Shown: positions 46,419-54,639, counted from the first letter of the stretch. The stretch is 64,000 bases of DNA from Nitriliruptorales bacterium (GCA_024644015.1 JAHELV010000005.1:13297-77296), one strand, 5' to 3'. Made by a program: numbers and translations. The notes: generated by a model from the letters alone, not told the origin.

Positions 46419-48551
46419 CTAGACGGGCTGCGAGCTGGGCTCACGGTCCTCGGTCGATCGGGTGAACAGCGTCAGCACCTGGTCGCACACCCACGTGTCT
46501 GTGAGTTCCCGCTCGGGCTGCAACCAGCCAGCCTCGGCGGCGGTGACCAGCAGGCGTCGGGCCGCGTCGCCCGACACGGTCAAGCGGCGGGCCACGAGAT
46601 CTGCGTCGAGGATGGGCCGCGCCAGCGTGAGGTCGATCAGCGGGAGTACTCCGGCGTGGTCGGCGCGCTCCCGCCAGCGTTCTCGCAGGCCACCGAGCCG
46701 CTTCAGGCGGTCGGCGTTCTCGGCGGCTCCCTGTGCCACGCAGTCGCACAACAGCTGCAGCCACCGGTCACGTTGCGCGGCGTCGTGCAGGTCTGCATTG
46801 AGCGCTGCGCGGTAGCGCCGTGCCTCGTCGAGGAGCTGCGGGCTCAGCGTCAACACCGGGCGTGCGAGCCGCGCTGCCCGCATGATGTCGACGGCGGTCA
46901 CGGCCCGGGCGACAAGCTGGTCGTCGCGGCCATCCCGGTGTGAAAGGACCACGTGCTCGAGGCCGATCTCGACGAGCGGATTCAGTGCGCGCACCGGTGC
47001 GATGGGCCGCTGCGGGCCGGTGGTCCCGCTCGCCGCGCCACCGGTCAGCACCGCGTTGATCTCGACCACCGGCGGCGGTGCCGACCTGCGGCGGGCGGTG
47101 TGCTGCCAGCCGGTCGACAGCGCTGACGCGGCCCGGCGCACCAGCTCGACGTCGTCGGTGCGGTCGGTCTGCGACAGGTCGGCGACGAGCACGTCGTGCA
47201 AGGTGACCGCCCGCCCGCTCAGCGCGACGCTGGCACGCGCCTCGGTGAGGCGGAACATCTCATCGGGCACGCTGTCGGCCACCGCCCGCGAGGCCAGCGC
47301 GAGCTGGCGAAGACCGAGGTGCGCATGGGCGAGGGCCTCCCGCGTCTGCGGTGTCAACTTGGCGATCGGCCGGGTCGCACTCGTTGCGTGCCGCGGTGCC
47401 CTCGCCGTGCCTGAAGCGACTCGCGGCGGATCGTCGGGCGGCGGCTCGGGTCCGTGTCGAACCCGGCGCCGGAGCAGCTGGGTGCCTGCGATCAGCAGGG
47501 ACAACAACAGGACGATGACCGCCGCGGCCGAGAGCCATCGGGGCGCCGTTTCGCTGTCGGTCCCCGCTGGTTGCGCATCCGACGGCGGCGGCGCATCGGC
47601 CGCGACCGCAGCGTCGGGTTGCGCTCCAGCCGAATCGGTGTCGATCGGCCGCACGCTGTCGGGGTCGAGCACGACCGTGCGGGCCGGCACGTCCTCGCCC
47701 GCGACCGGGACCTCGAGCGTGAGCGTCTGCGCGGCCGCGTCGGGCGTCCCGATCTCGGCGCGGTACAGATTGCGGAGATCGTTCGCCATCTCATCGGTGG
47801 CCGGCAGGATCCCCGCCATCTCGTCGACGACGCTGACGGCGCCAGCCGTCCGCGGGCCGAGCAGGGTGTCCTCGCCGCCGGCGCCGACGCTGACGACGTA
47901 TGCCGTCGCGGTTTCCACCGGCAGGTCGTCAATCGGATTGATACGCCGATCCAGGTCCCGCCCGACGACGAGGAGCGCCGCGCGGTCCTGGGTGGACCCG
48001 GCAAGCAGCCGGGTCGCCTCGTCCACGGCGGCCCGGATGTCACCCTCGGAGTCCGGGCGCAGCTGTCTGATCTGGGCGATCGCCGGTCCGGGGACGGGCG
48101 CAGGCTGCATCGCGATGCCGTCCGCGCCGATGACGCGCATGGTGGCACCCGGGGGCAGATCGAGCGCGAGCTCGACGACGGCTCCCTGCAAGGTCCGCAG
48201 CTCGTCCGGCCCGAGCGTGGTGTCGACCACGACGGCGACCTCGACGTCCGTGGCGGAGAGCCGCTGCAGCCTGACCGGCTGCGGGACGCCGTCGACCGTC
48301 GCGACGATGTCGTCGCTGGTGAGGGTTTCCGTCACCAGCCGTGCTGGTGCCGCGAACAGCACGCGTGTCGGGTCACCGGCCTCGACTGCGAGGATTTCGA
48401 GCTGGTCGAGCGCGTCGGTGTCGACCAACGGGAGGCCGGTGGCGGGGGAGGCCCAGACCAGCATCGCTGCCAGCAGTGCGATCGCGACAGCAATGCGTTC
48501 CAGACGACCGACGACGCCCGGATGACGTCGTCGGTCAACGGTCAAAGACAA
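46419..48551 (-). CDS. bitopic membrane protein: vWA-like ectodomain (no MIDAS), TM, cytoplasmic Fic-like plus winged-helix region with degenerate Fic motif
   Basis: 710 aa with a TTG start and GAAGG upstream. Signal peptide spans aa 17-38. The vWA-like pattern is EVAVVVDTTLG...MRVIGADG...AALLVVGRDLD. A Pro/Asp/Ala linker follows. TM spans aa 339-360 (WLSAAAVIVLLLSLLIAGTQLL). Cytoplasmic region: TEARASVALSGRAVTLHDV (Fic_N-like), LEHVVLSHRDGRDDQLVAR (Fic position), LTLSPQLLDEARRYRAAL, and C-terminal LARPILDADLVARRLTVSGDAARRLLVTAAEAGWL (wHTH-like). Confidence 0.7.
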   Translation of the reverse strand: MSLTVDRRRHPGVVGRLERIAVAIALLAAMLVWASPATGLPLVDTDALDQLEILAVEAGDPTRVLFAAPARLVTETLTSDDIVATVDGVPQPVRLQRLSATDVEVAVVVDTTLGPDELRTLQGAVVELALDLPPGATMRVIGADGIAMQPAPVPGPAIAQIRQLRPDSEGDIRAAVDEATRLLAGSTQDRAALLVVGRDLDRRINPIDDLPVETATAYVVSVGAGGEDTLLGPRTAGAVSVVDEMAGILPATDEMANDLRNLYRAEIGTPDAAAQTLTLEVPVAGEDVPARTVVLDPDSVRPIDTDSAGAQPDAAVAADAPPPSDAQPAGTDSETAPRWLSAAAVIVLLLSLLIAGTQLLRRRVRHGPEPPPDDPPRVASGTARAPRHATSATRPIAKLTPQTREALAHAHLGLRQLALASRAVADSVPDEMFRLTEARASVALSGRAVTLHDVLVADLSQTDRTDDVELVRRAASALSTGWQHTARRRSAPPPVVEINAVLTGGAASGTTGPQRPIAPVRALNPLVEIGLEHVVLSHRDGRDDQLVARAVTAVDIMRAARLARPVLTLSPQLLDEARRYRAALNADLHDAAQRDRWLQLLCDCVAQGAAENADRLKRLGGLRERWRERADHAGVLPLIDLTLARPILDADLVARRLTVSGDAARRLLVTAAEAGWLQPERELTDTWVCDQVLTLFTRSTEDREPSSQPV

Positions 48552-48644
48552 AGCCCGCCTTCACCCATGTCGATTCCACGTACGTAATCGCACGCGGGGC
48601 GATACCCAGCGTGACGCCGAGACGATATCCAGGAACCCCTAAAC

Positions 48645-48684
48645 GTGATGATTTCACGGAAGACTGGTTCTCACTAGTGATCAC
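48645..48684. promoter_or_regulatory. palindrome cluster in the AT-rich leader of the 710-aa gene (candidate operator/promoter)
   Basis: GTGA-TGATT-TCAC lies at 48645-48657. The overlapping perfect palindromes TCACTAGTGA and GTGATCAC lie at 48671-48684. TACGTA (48581-48586) and GATATC are also present in the same 149-nt spacer, which is visibly less GC-rich than its surroundings. Confidence 0.3.
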
Positions 48685-48700
48685 ATGTACCAGCGGTTAA

Positions 48701-49630
48701 TCATTCATCACTCAGAGCTATGTATCGCGCGTACCGGCTCTGCGCGAGCCCGCGCTCGTCGACGGCCGCTCGTACGGCACAACCTGGTTCGTGTCGGTGG
48801 CTGCAGTCCGAGAACCGGCAGCCGGTCGCCAGGTCGGCGACGTCGCGAAAGGTGAGGGCGAGACCGCGCGCCGGCTCCCACAGGCCGAGCGCCCGGATCC
48901 CGGGCGTGTCGATCACGCTGCCGCCCGATACCAGCGTCAGCGAGCGGCGGGTCGTGGTGTGCCGGCCCATCGCGTCCCCGGCACGTACCTCACCGGTCAG
49001 CTGTGACGGCGAGCCAGCGAGGGCGTTGATGAGGGACGACTTGCCAGATCCGGAGCGCCCGAGCAGCGCGGCGCAGTGTCCGTGACGCAGCTGTTCCGCC
49101 AGCTGCGCGATGCCGCGCCCGTCGACGCTGCTGGCGGTCGCCACCTCCACGTCGGGAGCGAGCGCGGCGATGTCCGCGGTCACGTCTCCGGCGCCGCCGA
49201 GGTCGGCCTTGGTGACCACGATCAGTGGGGGCGCGCCGCTGCCGTGCGCGACAACCAGGGCGCGATCGAGCCAGCCGGCACGCAGCGGTTGGTCCACCGA
49301 GTGCACGATCCAGACCCGGTCCATGTTCGCCGCCAGCGTCTGCGGTCTGGCCGATCCGGGATCGCGTCTGGTCAGCGCCGTCCGACGACTCGTGATCGCG
49401 GTGATTCTCGGCTGCTCGCCGTCGGCTGTGAAGGCCACCCAGTCGCCGGTGATGACTGCGTCGCCGGAAGTCGGTGCGGTGACCGACAGATCACCGTCGT
49501 CGCGCAGCACTCGCAGCCACCCCCGGTCGACGCGGGCCACACGTGCCGGCAGGCCGGGCAGCGTGGCGAACGCCTGCGCCCAGCCGTCGTCCCATCCCAG
49601 CGCGGCCCAGCGCCCCTGATCGACGATCAT
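48701..49630 (-). CDS. rsgA: ribosome small-subunit-dependent GTPase A
   Basis: Circularly permuted GTPase with VVTKADL (G4), GRSGSGKSSLINAL (G1) and DTPG (G3). The C-terminal zinc motif is CRFSDCSHRHEPGCAV. Confidence 0.9.
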   Translation of the reverse strand: MIVDQGRWAALGWDDGWAQAFATLPGLPARVARVDRGWLRVLRDDGDLSVTAPTSGDAVITGDWVAFTADGEQPRITAITSRRTALTRRDPGSARPQTLAANMDRVWIVHSVDQPLRAGWLDRALVVAHGSGAPPLIVVTKADLGGAGDVTADIAALAPDVEVATASSVDGRGIAQLAEQLRHGHCAALLGRSGSGKSSLINALAGSPSQLTGEVRAGDAMGRHTTTRRSLTLVSGGSVIDTPGIRALGLWEPARGLALTFRDVADLATGCRFSDCSHRHEPGCAVRAAVDERGLAQSRYARYIALSDE

Positions 49631-49646
49631 GCTGTTGGCGCGAAGG

Positions 49647-50990
49647 TCACGCGGGGTTTCCTCCGTCGTCGCGCACGAGGCGTGGCTGCTCGGCTACCAG
49701 CGGGGTGGCGGCCTCCGATCCCCCGTACGACACCACGTCCCGTCGGAAGAACAGAGACAGCGTCCAGTCGGACAGCACGCGCATTCTGCGGGTGAGCAGG
49801 GGCATGGCATACACGTGGTAGCTGCGCGTGATGAGCCATCCGAGCATGCCCGAGAACCGCATGCCGAGCACCTCGGCGATCCCCCGGTAGCGGCCCAGCG
49901 TCGCGACCTGTCCGAGTGCACGGAAACCGTACGGCCGCAGCGCACCGCCGTCCAGCGACGCTCGGAGGTTTCCGGCCAGGTGCCGTGCCTGCCGGATGGC
50001 GTGCTGCGATGTCGGCGGATCCGTTTCGTCGGGTGTGCGCACGTTGACCACGCGCGCGATGTCACCAACCGCCCAGAGATTGTCGCGGTCTTCGACGCGC
50101 AGCGTCGCATCGACCCTGATGCGACCGTGCTCGTCGGTCGGCAGGTCCAGATGCGAGACCAACGGGTGTGGCGCGACGCCGGCGCTCCATACGACTGTGT
50201 GCGCCTCGATGGTCCGCCCGCCGGACAGCTCCACCCGGTCGGGGTACACCGCCTCGAGCCGCGTGCCGGTATGGATCTCGATGCCCCGGCGCGCCAGCAG
50301 CTCCGTCGCGTACTCACCCAGCCGGGAGGGGATCGCGGGCAGGATGCGCTCCCGGGCCTCCACGAGCACCCACCGCTGTGGGATCTCGCGCAGCCGAGGG
50401 TAGTCACGCAACGCGTCCTGCACGAGATCGTGGAGCTCCGCCAGCGCCTCGACGCCGGCGTAGCCTGCGCCGACGAACACGAACCCCAGGTGGGCGGCGG
50501 CCCGGTCCCGGGTCAACTCGTTGTCGGCCAGCTCGAGCTCGCGCAGCACGTGGTCACGCAGGTAGACCGCATCGTAGAAGGTCTTGAAGCCGACGCCGTA
50601 CTCGGCGAGCCCGGGGATCGGCAACGTCCGTGACACCGCGCCCAGCGCGATGACGAGGTGGTCGAAGTGATAGTGCAGCTCGCCGACTTTGTTGCGGACA
50701 ACCACCGTGCGGGCGTCGAGGTCGATCGCGCTGACCTCACCGAGAACCACGTCCGCGTGCGGGCACACCTGACGCAGCGGCACCACCACGTGCCGCGGCT
50801 CGAGGGTGCCGGAGGCCACCTCCGGCAGCAGCGGCGTGAACAGCAGCGCGTTCTCGTCGGACACGACTGTCGCCCCGACGCGACCCATGCGCCTCGCCGC
50901 AGTCGCGCCGGCGAACCCGCCGCCGAGGATCAGCACGCCGGACCGGGCGTCGCGAGGACCGGCGCCCGGGGCCCGGGGATGTCGCTGCAT
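49647..50990 (-). CDS. ndh: type II NADH dehydrogenase (NDH-2)
   Basis: VLILGGGFAGATAARR (first GxGxxG), FVFVGAGYAGVEALAEL (second), LWAVGDIA, and a C-terminal membrane-association tail. Confidence 0.88.
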   Translation of the reverse strand: MQRHPRAPGAGPRDARSGVLILGGGFAGATAARRMGRVGATVVSDENALLFTPLLPEVASGTLEPRHVVVPLRQVCPHADVVLGEVSAIDLDARTVVVRNKVGELHYHFDHLVIALGAVSRTLPIPGLAEYGVGFKTFYDAVYLRDHVLRELELADNELTRDRAAAHLGFVFVGAGYAGVEALAELHDLVQDALRDYPRLREIPQRWVLVEARERILPAIPSRLGEYATELLARRGIEIHTGTRLEAVYPDRVELSGGRTIEAHTVVWSAGVAPHPLVSHLDLPTDEHGRIRVDATLRVEDRDNLWAVGDIARVVNVRTPDETDPPTSQHAIRQARHLAGNLRASLDGGALRPYGFRALGQVATLGRYRGIAEVLGMRFSGMLGWLITRSYHVYAMPLLTRRMRVLSDWTLSLFFRRDVVSYGGSEAATPLVAEQPRLVRDDGGNPA

Positions 50991-51023
50991 CGGTCACACC
51001 AATCGTCGATAAGCTCTGCGACC

Positions 51024-52181
51024 ATGAGCCTAGGAGCATCGCTGCCCGCCGACGAGCCCCCTGTATCGCGATCCGCCATGGACGACGATGACGCTATCGT
51101 GCGTGCCGCCTACGGCGGCGCCTGGATCGGTGGGGTGCTGCCGGAGCTCCTGTCCGGCCGCGCGCCGTGTCCGATGCCAGATTGGGTCGCCGACGCCGGA
51201 CCGCGCGTCCTGCTGCTGATCGACGGCCTGGGCTGGGAGATGTATCAGCGCTTCCGCTCGCATCTGCCGGCACTCGAGCCGTTCACCCGCGCTGTGATCA
51301 CGTCGGTCGTGCCGTCGACGACCGCGGCCGCCCTCCCTTCGCTGACCACCGGCCACACCCCCGCCGCGCACGGCATGCTCGGTGACCGGATGCGGGTCGG
51401 CGGCAGGGTCCTGAGCGTGCTCGGTTGGACCGTGGCCGACGGCAGTCCGCCAGATCCGTCAGCGGTGCAACCGCATCAACCGTTTGGCGGCCGCGACCTG
51501 GTGGTCGTCAGCAGCGCCAAGTTCGTTGGCTCGGGGTTCAGTCGGGCGCATCTGCGCGGCGCACCGTTCCGCGGCTATGACACGCCCGATGAGCTGATCG
51601 AGCAGGTCGTCGCCTGCGTGCGCGAGCGGTTCCCCGTCGTGTATGCCTACCTGCCTGATGTCGACCGCGCCGCACACGAGCAGGGCTTCGAGCACGACGC
51701 GTTCGCTGCGGCGTTGACGCTGGCCAACGATGTGATCGCCGGCATCCACCGTCGGCTGCCACCGGCTGCGGCCATGCTGGTCACCTCCGACCATGGTCAC
51801 GTCACGACGCCCGTGTCAGGACGGGTCGACCTCACGCCGCTTGTTCCGATGGTGAGTGCCATGGCGGGAAGCACGCGCTTCCGCTACCTGCATGCGCGGC
51901 CGGGCGCAGCCGCCGACCTGCGGGCCGCCGCGGTTGAGCTCGTGGGACCGCACGCATGGGTACATGATCGCGCCGGTCTGATGGCATCCGGTTGGCTGGG
52001 CCCGCAGATCAGCCCTGTGGTCGCCGGTCGTCTTGGTGACGTGATCCTCGCGGCGCGCGGCGGCGCGACGATGGTCGACCCGTCGGACCTGCGCCAGGCG
52101 CAGCTCGTGACGATGCATGGCAGTGTGACGTCGGCTGAGATGCTCGTGCCGCTGCTGGCCGCTCGAGCCATGTCCCGATGA
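51024..52181 (+). CDS. alkaline phosphatase superfamily protein (nucleotide pyrophosphatase/phosphodiesterase-like)
   Basis: From ATG 51024: LLLIDGLGWEMY, then SVVPSTTAAALPSLTTGHTPAAHGM (nucleophile Thr region), YLPDVDRAAHEQG, and VTSDHGHV. The track ORF begins at 50658, antisense to ndh. Confidence 0.8.
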   Translation: MSLGASLPADEPPVSRSAMDDDDAIVRAAYGGAWIGGVLPELLSGRAPCPMPDWVADAGPRVLLLIDGLGWEMYQRFRSHLPALEPFTRAVITSVVPSTTAAALPSLTTGHTPAAHGMLGDRMRVGGRVLSVLGWTVADGSPPDPSAVQPHQPFGGRDLVVVSSAKFVGSGFSRAHLRGAPFRGYDTPDELIEQVVACVRERFPVVYAYLPDVDRAAHEQGFEHDAFAAALTLANDVIAGIHRRLPPAAAMLVTSDHGHVTTPVSGRVDLTPLVPMVSAMAGSTRFRYLHARPGAAADLRAAAVELVGPHAWVHDRAGLMASGWLGPQISPVVAGRLGDVILAARGGATMVDPSDLRQAQLVTMHGSVTSAEMLVPLLAARAMSR

Positions 52182-52832
52182 CTACGGCGCGAGGCGCTCT
52201 GCGATCCAGCGGGCGCCGCGACGTCGGTAGCGCAGCCGTTCGTGACGGCGGTCCGGTCGCCCCAGCCAGAACTCCACGGTGTCGGGCCCCAACCGGTAGC
52301 CACCCCAGTGCGCGGGTCGCGGCACCCGGCCGTCCGGGTGCCGCCGGCGCAGTCGCTCGATTCGTCGTTCGAGCTCGGCCGTGTCCACGATGACGCTGCT
52401 CTGCGGACTGGCCGCCGCGGCCAGCCGGCTGCCGACCGGCCGCGTCGTCCAGTACTGTTCGCTCTCGGCGTCCGACACACGCGTGCAGGTTCCGGTCACC
52501 CTGACCTGCCGCGCCAGCTCGAGCCAGCACAGCACGGCCGCGGCGTGCGGGTTGGCCGTCAGCTCCCGTCCCTTACGACTGTCGTAGTTCGTGTAGAAGA
52601 CCAATCCGTGGTCGAGCCCCCGCAGCAACACGATCCGAGCGGACGGCCGCCCGGCCGCGTCGGCGGTCGCAAGCGTCATCGCGTTGGGCTCGACGACGCC
52701 GGCTTCCACCGCGTCGTCGACCCACCGCCCGAGCTGCGTCAGCGGATCGTCGGCCAGGGCCGCGGGGTCGAGCGGGGGATTGCGGTAGTCGCGACGAAGC
52801 CGCGCGAGATCCCCCGCCCGGTCGTCACCCAT
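52182..52832 (-). CDS. pdxH: pyridoxamine 5'-phosphate oxidase
   Basis: EPNAMTLATADAAGRPSARIVLLRG...FYTNYDSRKGREL..NP.AA, then EFWLGRPDRRHERLRY. Confidence 0.9.
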   Translation of the reverse strand: MGDDRAGDLARLRRDYRNPPLDPAALADDPLTQLGRWVDDAVEAGVVEPNAMTLATADAAGRPSARIVLLRGLDHGLVFYTNYDSRKGRELTANPHAAAVLCWLELARQVRVTGTCTRVSDAESEQYWTTRPVGSRLAAAASPQSSVIVDTAELERRIERLRRRHPDGRVPRPAHWGGYRLGPDTVEFWLGRPDRRHERLRYRRRGARWIAERLAP

Positions 52833-52835
52833 GGT

Positions 52836-53183
52836 CTACGGTCCCGTCATCTCGGGTGGCCGCAGGTCGAACTCGGCATCGCCGATCTGCAGTTGCCGGA
52901 CCGGCGGCCCGCCCTGCAGGTGGTCCATCAACGCCGGCACGTCGTCGCCGATGACGCCGCCGTAGATGACGTCGTCGGGGAACACCGCGACGACGGGGCC
53001 GACCATGCATGCCTCGAGGCAGCCCGTGGCCACGATCTTGACGTCCGTCGCCAGACGGCGACCCTGCTCGTCGCGCAGCGCGTTGAACAGCTCTGCGCCG
53101 CCGTTGGATGCGCAGCTGGGGCGGGGGTGTGACCGATCCCGCTGGTTGATGCACACGAATGCGAACGTGCGGGGTCTGGGCAT
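52836..53183 (-). CDS. thioredoxin-like [2Fe-2S] ferredoxin family protein
   Basis: 115 aa from ATG 53183, with GAGGAAGG upstream. FAFVCINQR....PSCASNGG...ATGCLEACMVGPVVAVFPD shows a Cys pattern typical of the (2Fe-2S) ferredoxin-like family. The track ORF extends to 53417. Confidence 0.8.
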   Translation of the reverse strand: MPRPRTFAFVCINQRDRSHPRPSCASNGGAELFNALRDEQGRRLATDVKIVATGCLEACMVGPVVAVFPDDVIYGGVIGDDVPALMDHLQGGPPVRQLQIGDAEFDLRPPEMTGP

Positions 53184-53215
53184 GGTCTGCGCCTTCCTCG
53201 GGCTGTCCGCCACGT

Positions 53216-53380
53216 TAGGGCCTGTTTGGTGGTTCCGCTCGGCATTCGGCTGCGTCTGCATCCCTGCTCGCTTCGTTGCGGCTCGCGCACATACAAGCCC
53301 GGTATGCCGCGCTCGCCGCGCCTTGTGAGCCGGGCGCAGCCGCACCCTCGGTGCATGACCGGTCCACCAAACAGGCCCTA
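53216..53380. repeat. perfect 17-bp inverted repeat bracketing a 131-nt GC-rich spacer (intercistronic structured element or MITE-like insert)
   Basis: TAGGGCCTGTTTGGTGG (53216-53232) pairs with CCACCAAACAGGCCCTA (53364-53380). On the minus (mRNA) strand the 5' arm begins exactly at the folP TAG stop. The 3' arm ends 32 nt before the ferredoxin ATG. Inner complementary pairs are GGCTGCG/CGCAGCC and GCACC/GGTGC. Confidence 0.6.
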
Positions 53381-54238
53381 GTCCAGGCCGCGCAGCAGCG
53401 TCGACGGTGGGCGCCACCCGAGCACGACTTCGATCATCCGCAGGGCCTGGGAGGTCGCCGCGACGTCGTGGACGCGCACGATGCGTGCCCCACTGAGGAC
53501 GGTGAGGGTCGCGAGCGCCAATGACGCGGGTGTCCGCTGGTCCAGCGGTAGTCCGAGCGCCTCACCGATGAAGTCCTTGTTCGACAGCGCCACCATCACC
53601 GGATAACCAAGCTCGGCGATCTCGGAGATGCGACGGGTGACCTCGAGTGACTGGGCGGTCGTCTTGTACATGTCGTGGCCGGGATCGACGATCAACTGCT
53701 CGCGCGCGACACCGCGTGCGGCGGCCGCATCGGCAAGGGCGGCGCACCGTCCCCGGACGGCAACGACCACGTCCGGCTGGTAGTCGGGCCGGAACGGCCG
53801 CGACCTCGGCGGCCCTCCATGGTGCGTGAGCACGAGGGCGGTGCCGGGATGCGCCGCCACAGCGTCGGCGATCTCCGGCTCGCTCATGCCGGAGACGTCG
53901 TTGATCAGGTCGGCACCGGCTGCGAGCGCCGCGCGGGCGACGGCGGGGCGGAACGTGTCGACTGACAGTGGCACGGTCGAACGCCGACGGAACCCCTCGA
54001 TGAACGGCACGACCCGGTCGAGTTCCTCCTCGACGTCGACCGCGGGGCCGGGCCCGGCCTTGACGCCGCCGACATCGAGGATGTCGGCGCCCGCGTCGAC
54101 GTGGCGGTCTGCGAGATCCAGCGCGGCGCCGAGGTCGAACGTCGCGCCACCGTCGTAGAACGAGTCGGGCGTGCGGTTGACGATCCCCATCACTGCGATC
54201 CGGCGCGTGAGATCGAACGTGCGTGAACCAAGTCGCAT
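53378..54238 (-). CDS. folP: dihydropteroate synthase
   Basis: From ATG 54238: RIAVMGIVNRTPDSFYDGG, then ADILDVGG, SVDT, INDVSG, and DPG...K. The track ORF extends to 54313. Confidence 0.9.
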   Translation of the reverse strand: MRLGSRTFDLTRRIAVMGIVNRTPDSFYDGGATFDLGAALDLADRHVDAGADILDVGGVKAGPGPAVDVEEELDRVVPFIEGFRRRSTVPLSVDTFRPAVARAALAAGADLINDVSGMSEPEIADAVAAHPGTALVLTHHGGPPRSRPFRPDYQPDVVVAVRGRCAALADAAAARGVAREQLIVDPGHDMYKTTAQSLEVTRRISEIAELGYPVMVALSNKDFIGEALGLPLDQRTPASLALATLTVLSGARIVRVHDVAATSQALRMIEVVLGWRPPSTLLRGLD

Positions 54239-54322
54239 GGTGCTCCTTTGGCGTGCGTGACGCGCGAACCGTGCCGGCAGCGCCTCCACGCCGTCGATCG
54301 GTCTGCCGTGCATACTTCCGGC

Positions 54323-54625
54323 ATGCTCTTCATGGCCGTTTCAGGGGCAGTGGTCCTCGCGTTCGTTTCGTGGGTGTCGCTGCGCGAGGCACAACGCACG
54401 TCCGGGTCGTTCATACCCGATGGGCGCGCGCCCGCCGCACCTGCGGTGTCGGATCTGGTCCGGCTCGGCGCAGTGGACGATCCGCGTGTCGCTCGGACCT
54501 CCTCGCCGTCGCGGTCGCGCCTCGCCGCACTACGTGACGCGACGGTCGCCGAGGCCGACACCGAGGAGGCGCTCGCGGCTGCCGCGGCGCTGTGGCAGGT
54601 GGTCGTGCAGACCGAACGGGACTAA
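54323..54625 (+). CDS. small hypothetical membrane-anchored protein
   Basis: From ATG 54323: MLFMAVSGAVVLAFVSWVSL (TM), then a ~80-aa Ala/Arg/Asp-rich tail. There is no recognisable domain, and coding status is uncertain. Confidence 0.3.
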   Translation: MLFMAVSGAVVLAFVSWVSLREAQRTSGSFIPDGRAPAAPAVSDLVRLGAVDDPRVARTSSPSRSRLAALRDATVAEADTEEALAAAAALWQVVVQTERD

Positions 54626-54639
54626 CGAGCGCTTAGCGC

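Noticed and set aside
46882-48587. 547-aa and 377-aa plus-strand ORFs antisense to the 710-aa membrane protein gene
   Set aside because: Both have low-complexity Ser/Arg/Ala/Thr-rich composition. The minus-strand frame has a signal peptide, a TM helix and domain-like patterns, and it is operon-packed with its neighbours.
51024-52181. PglZ/BREX-like defence component
   Set aside because: The alkaline-phosphatase-superfamily motifs are shared with PglZ, but none of the BREX partners (methyltransferase, ATPase, Lon-like) is nearby. The gene sits among housekeeping genes, so a generic phosphodiesterase-family call is safer.
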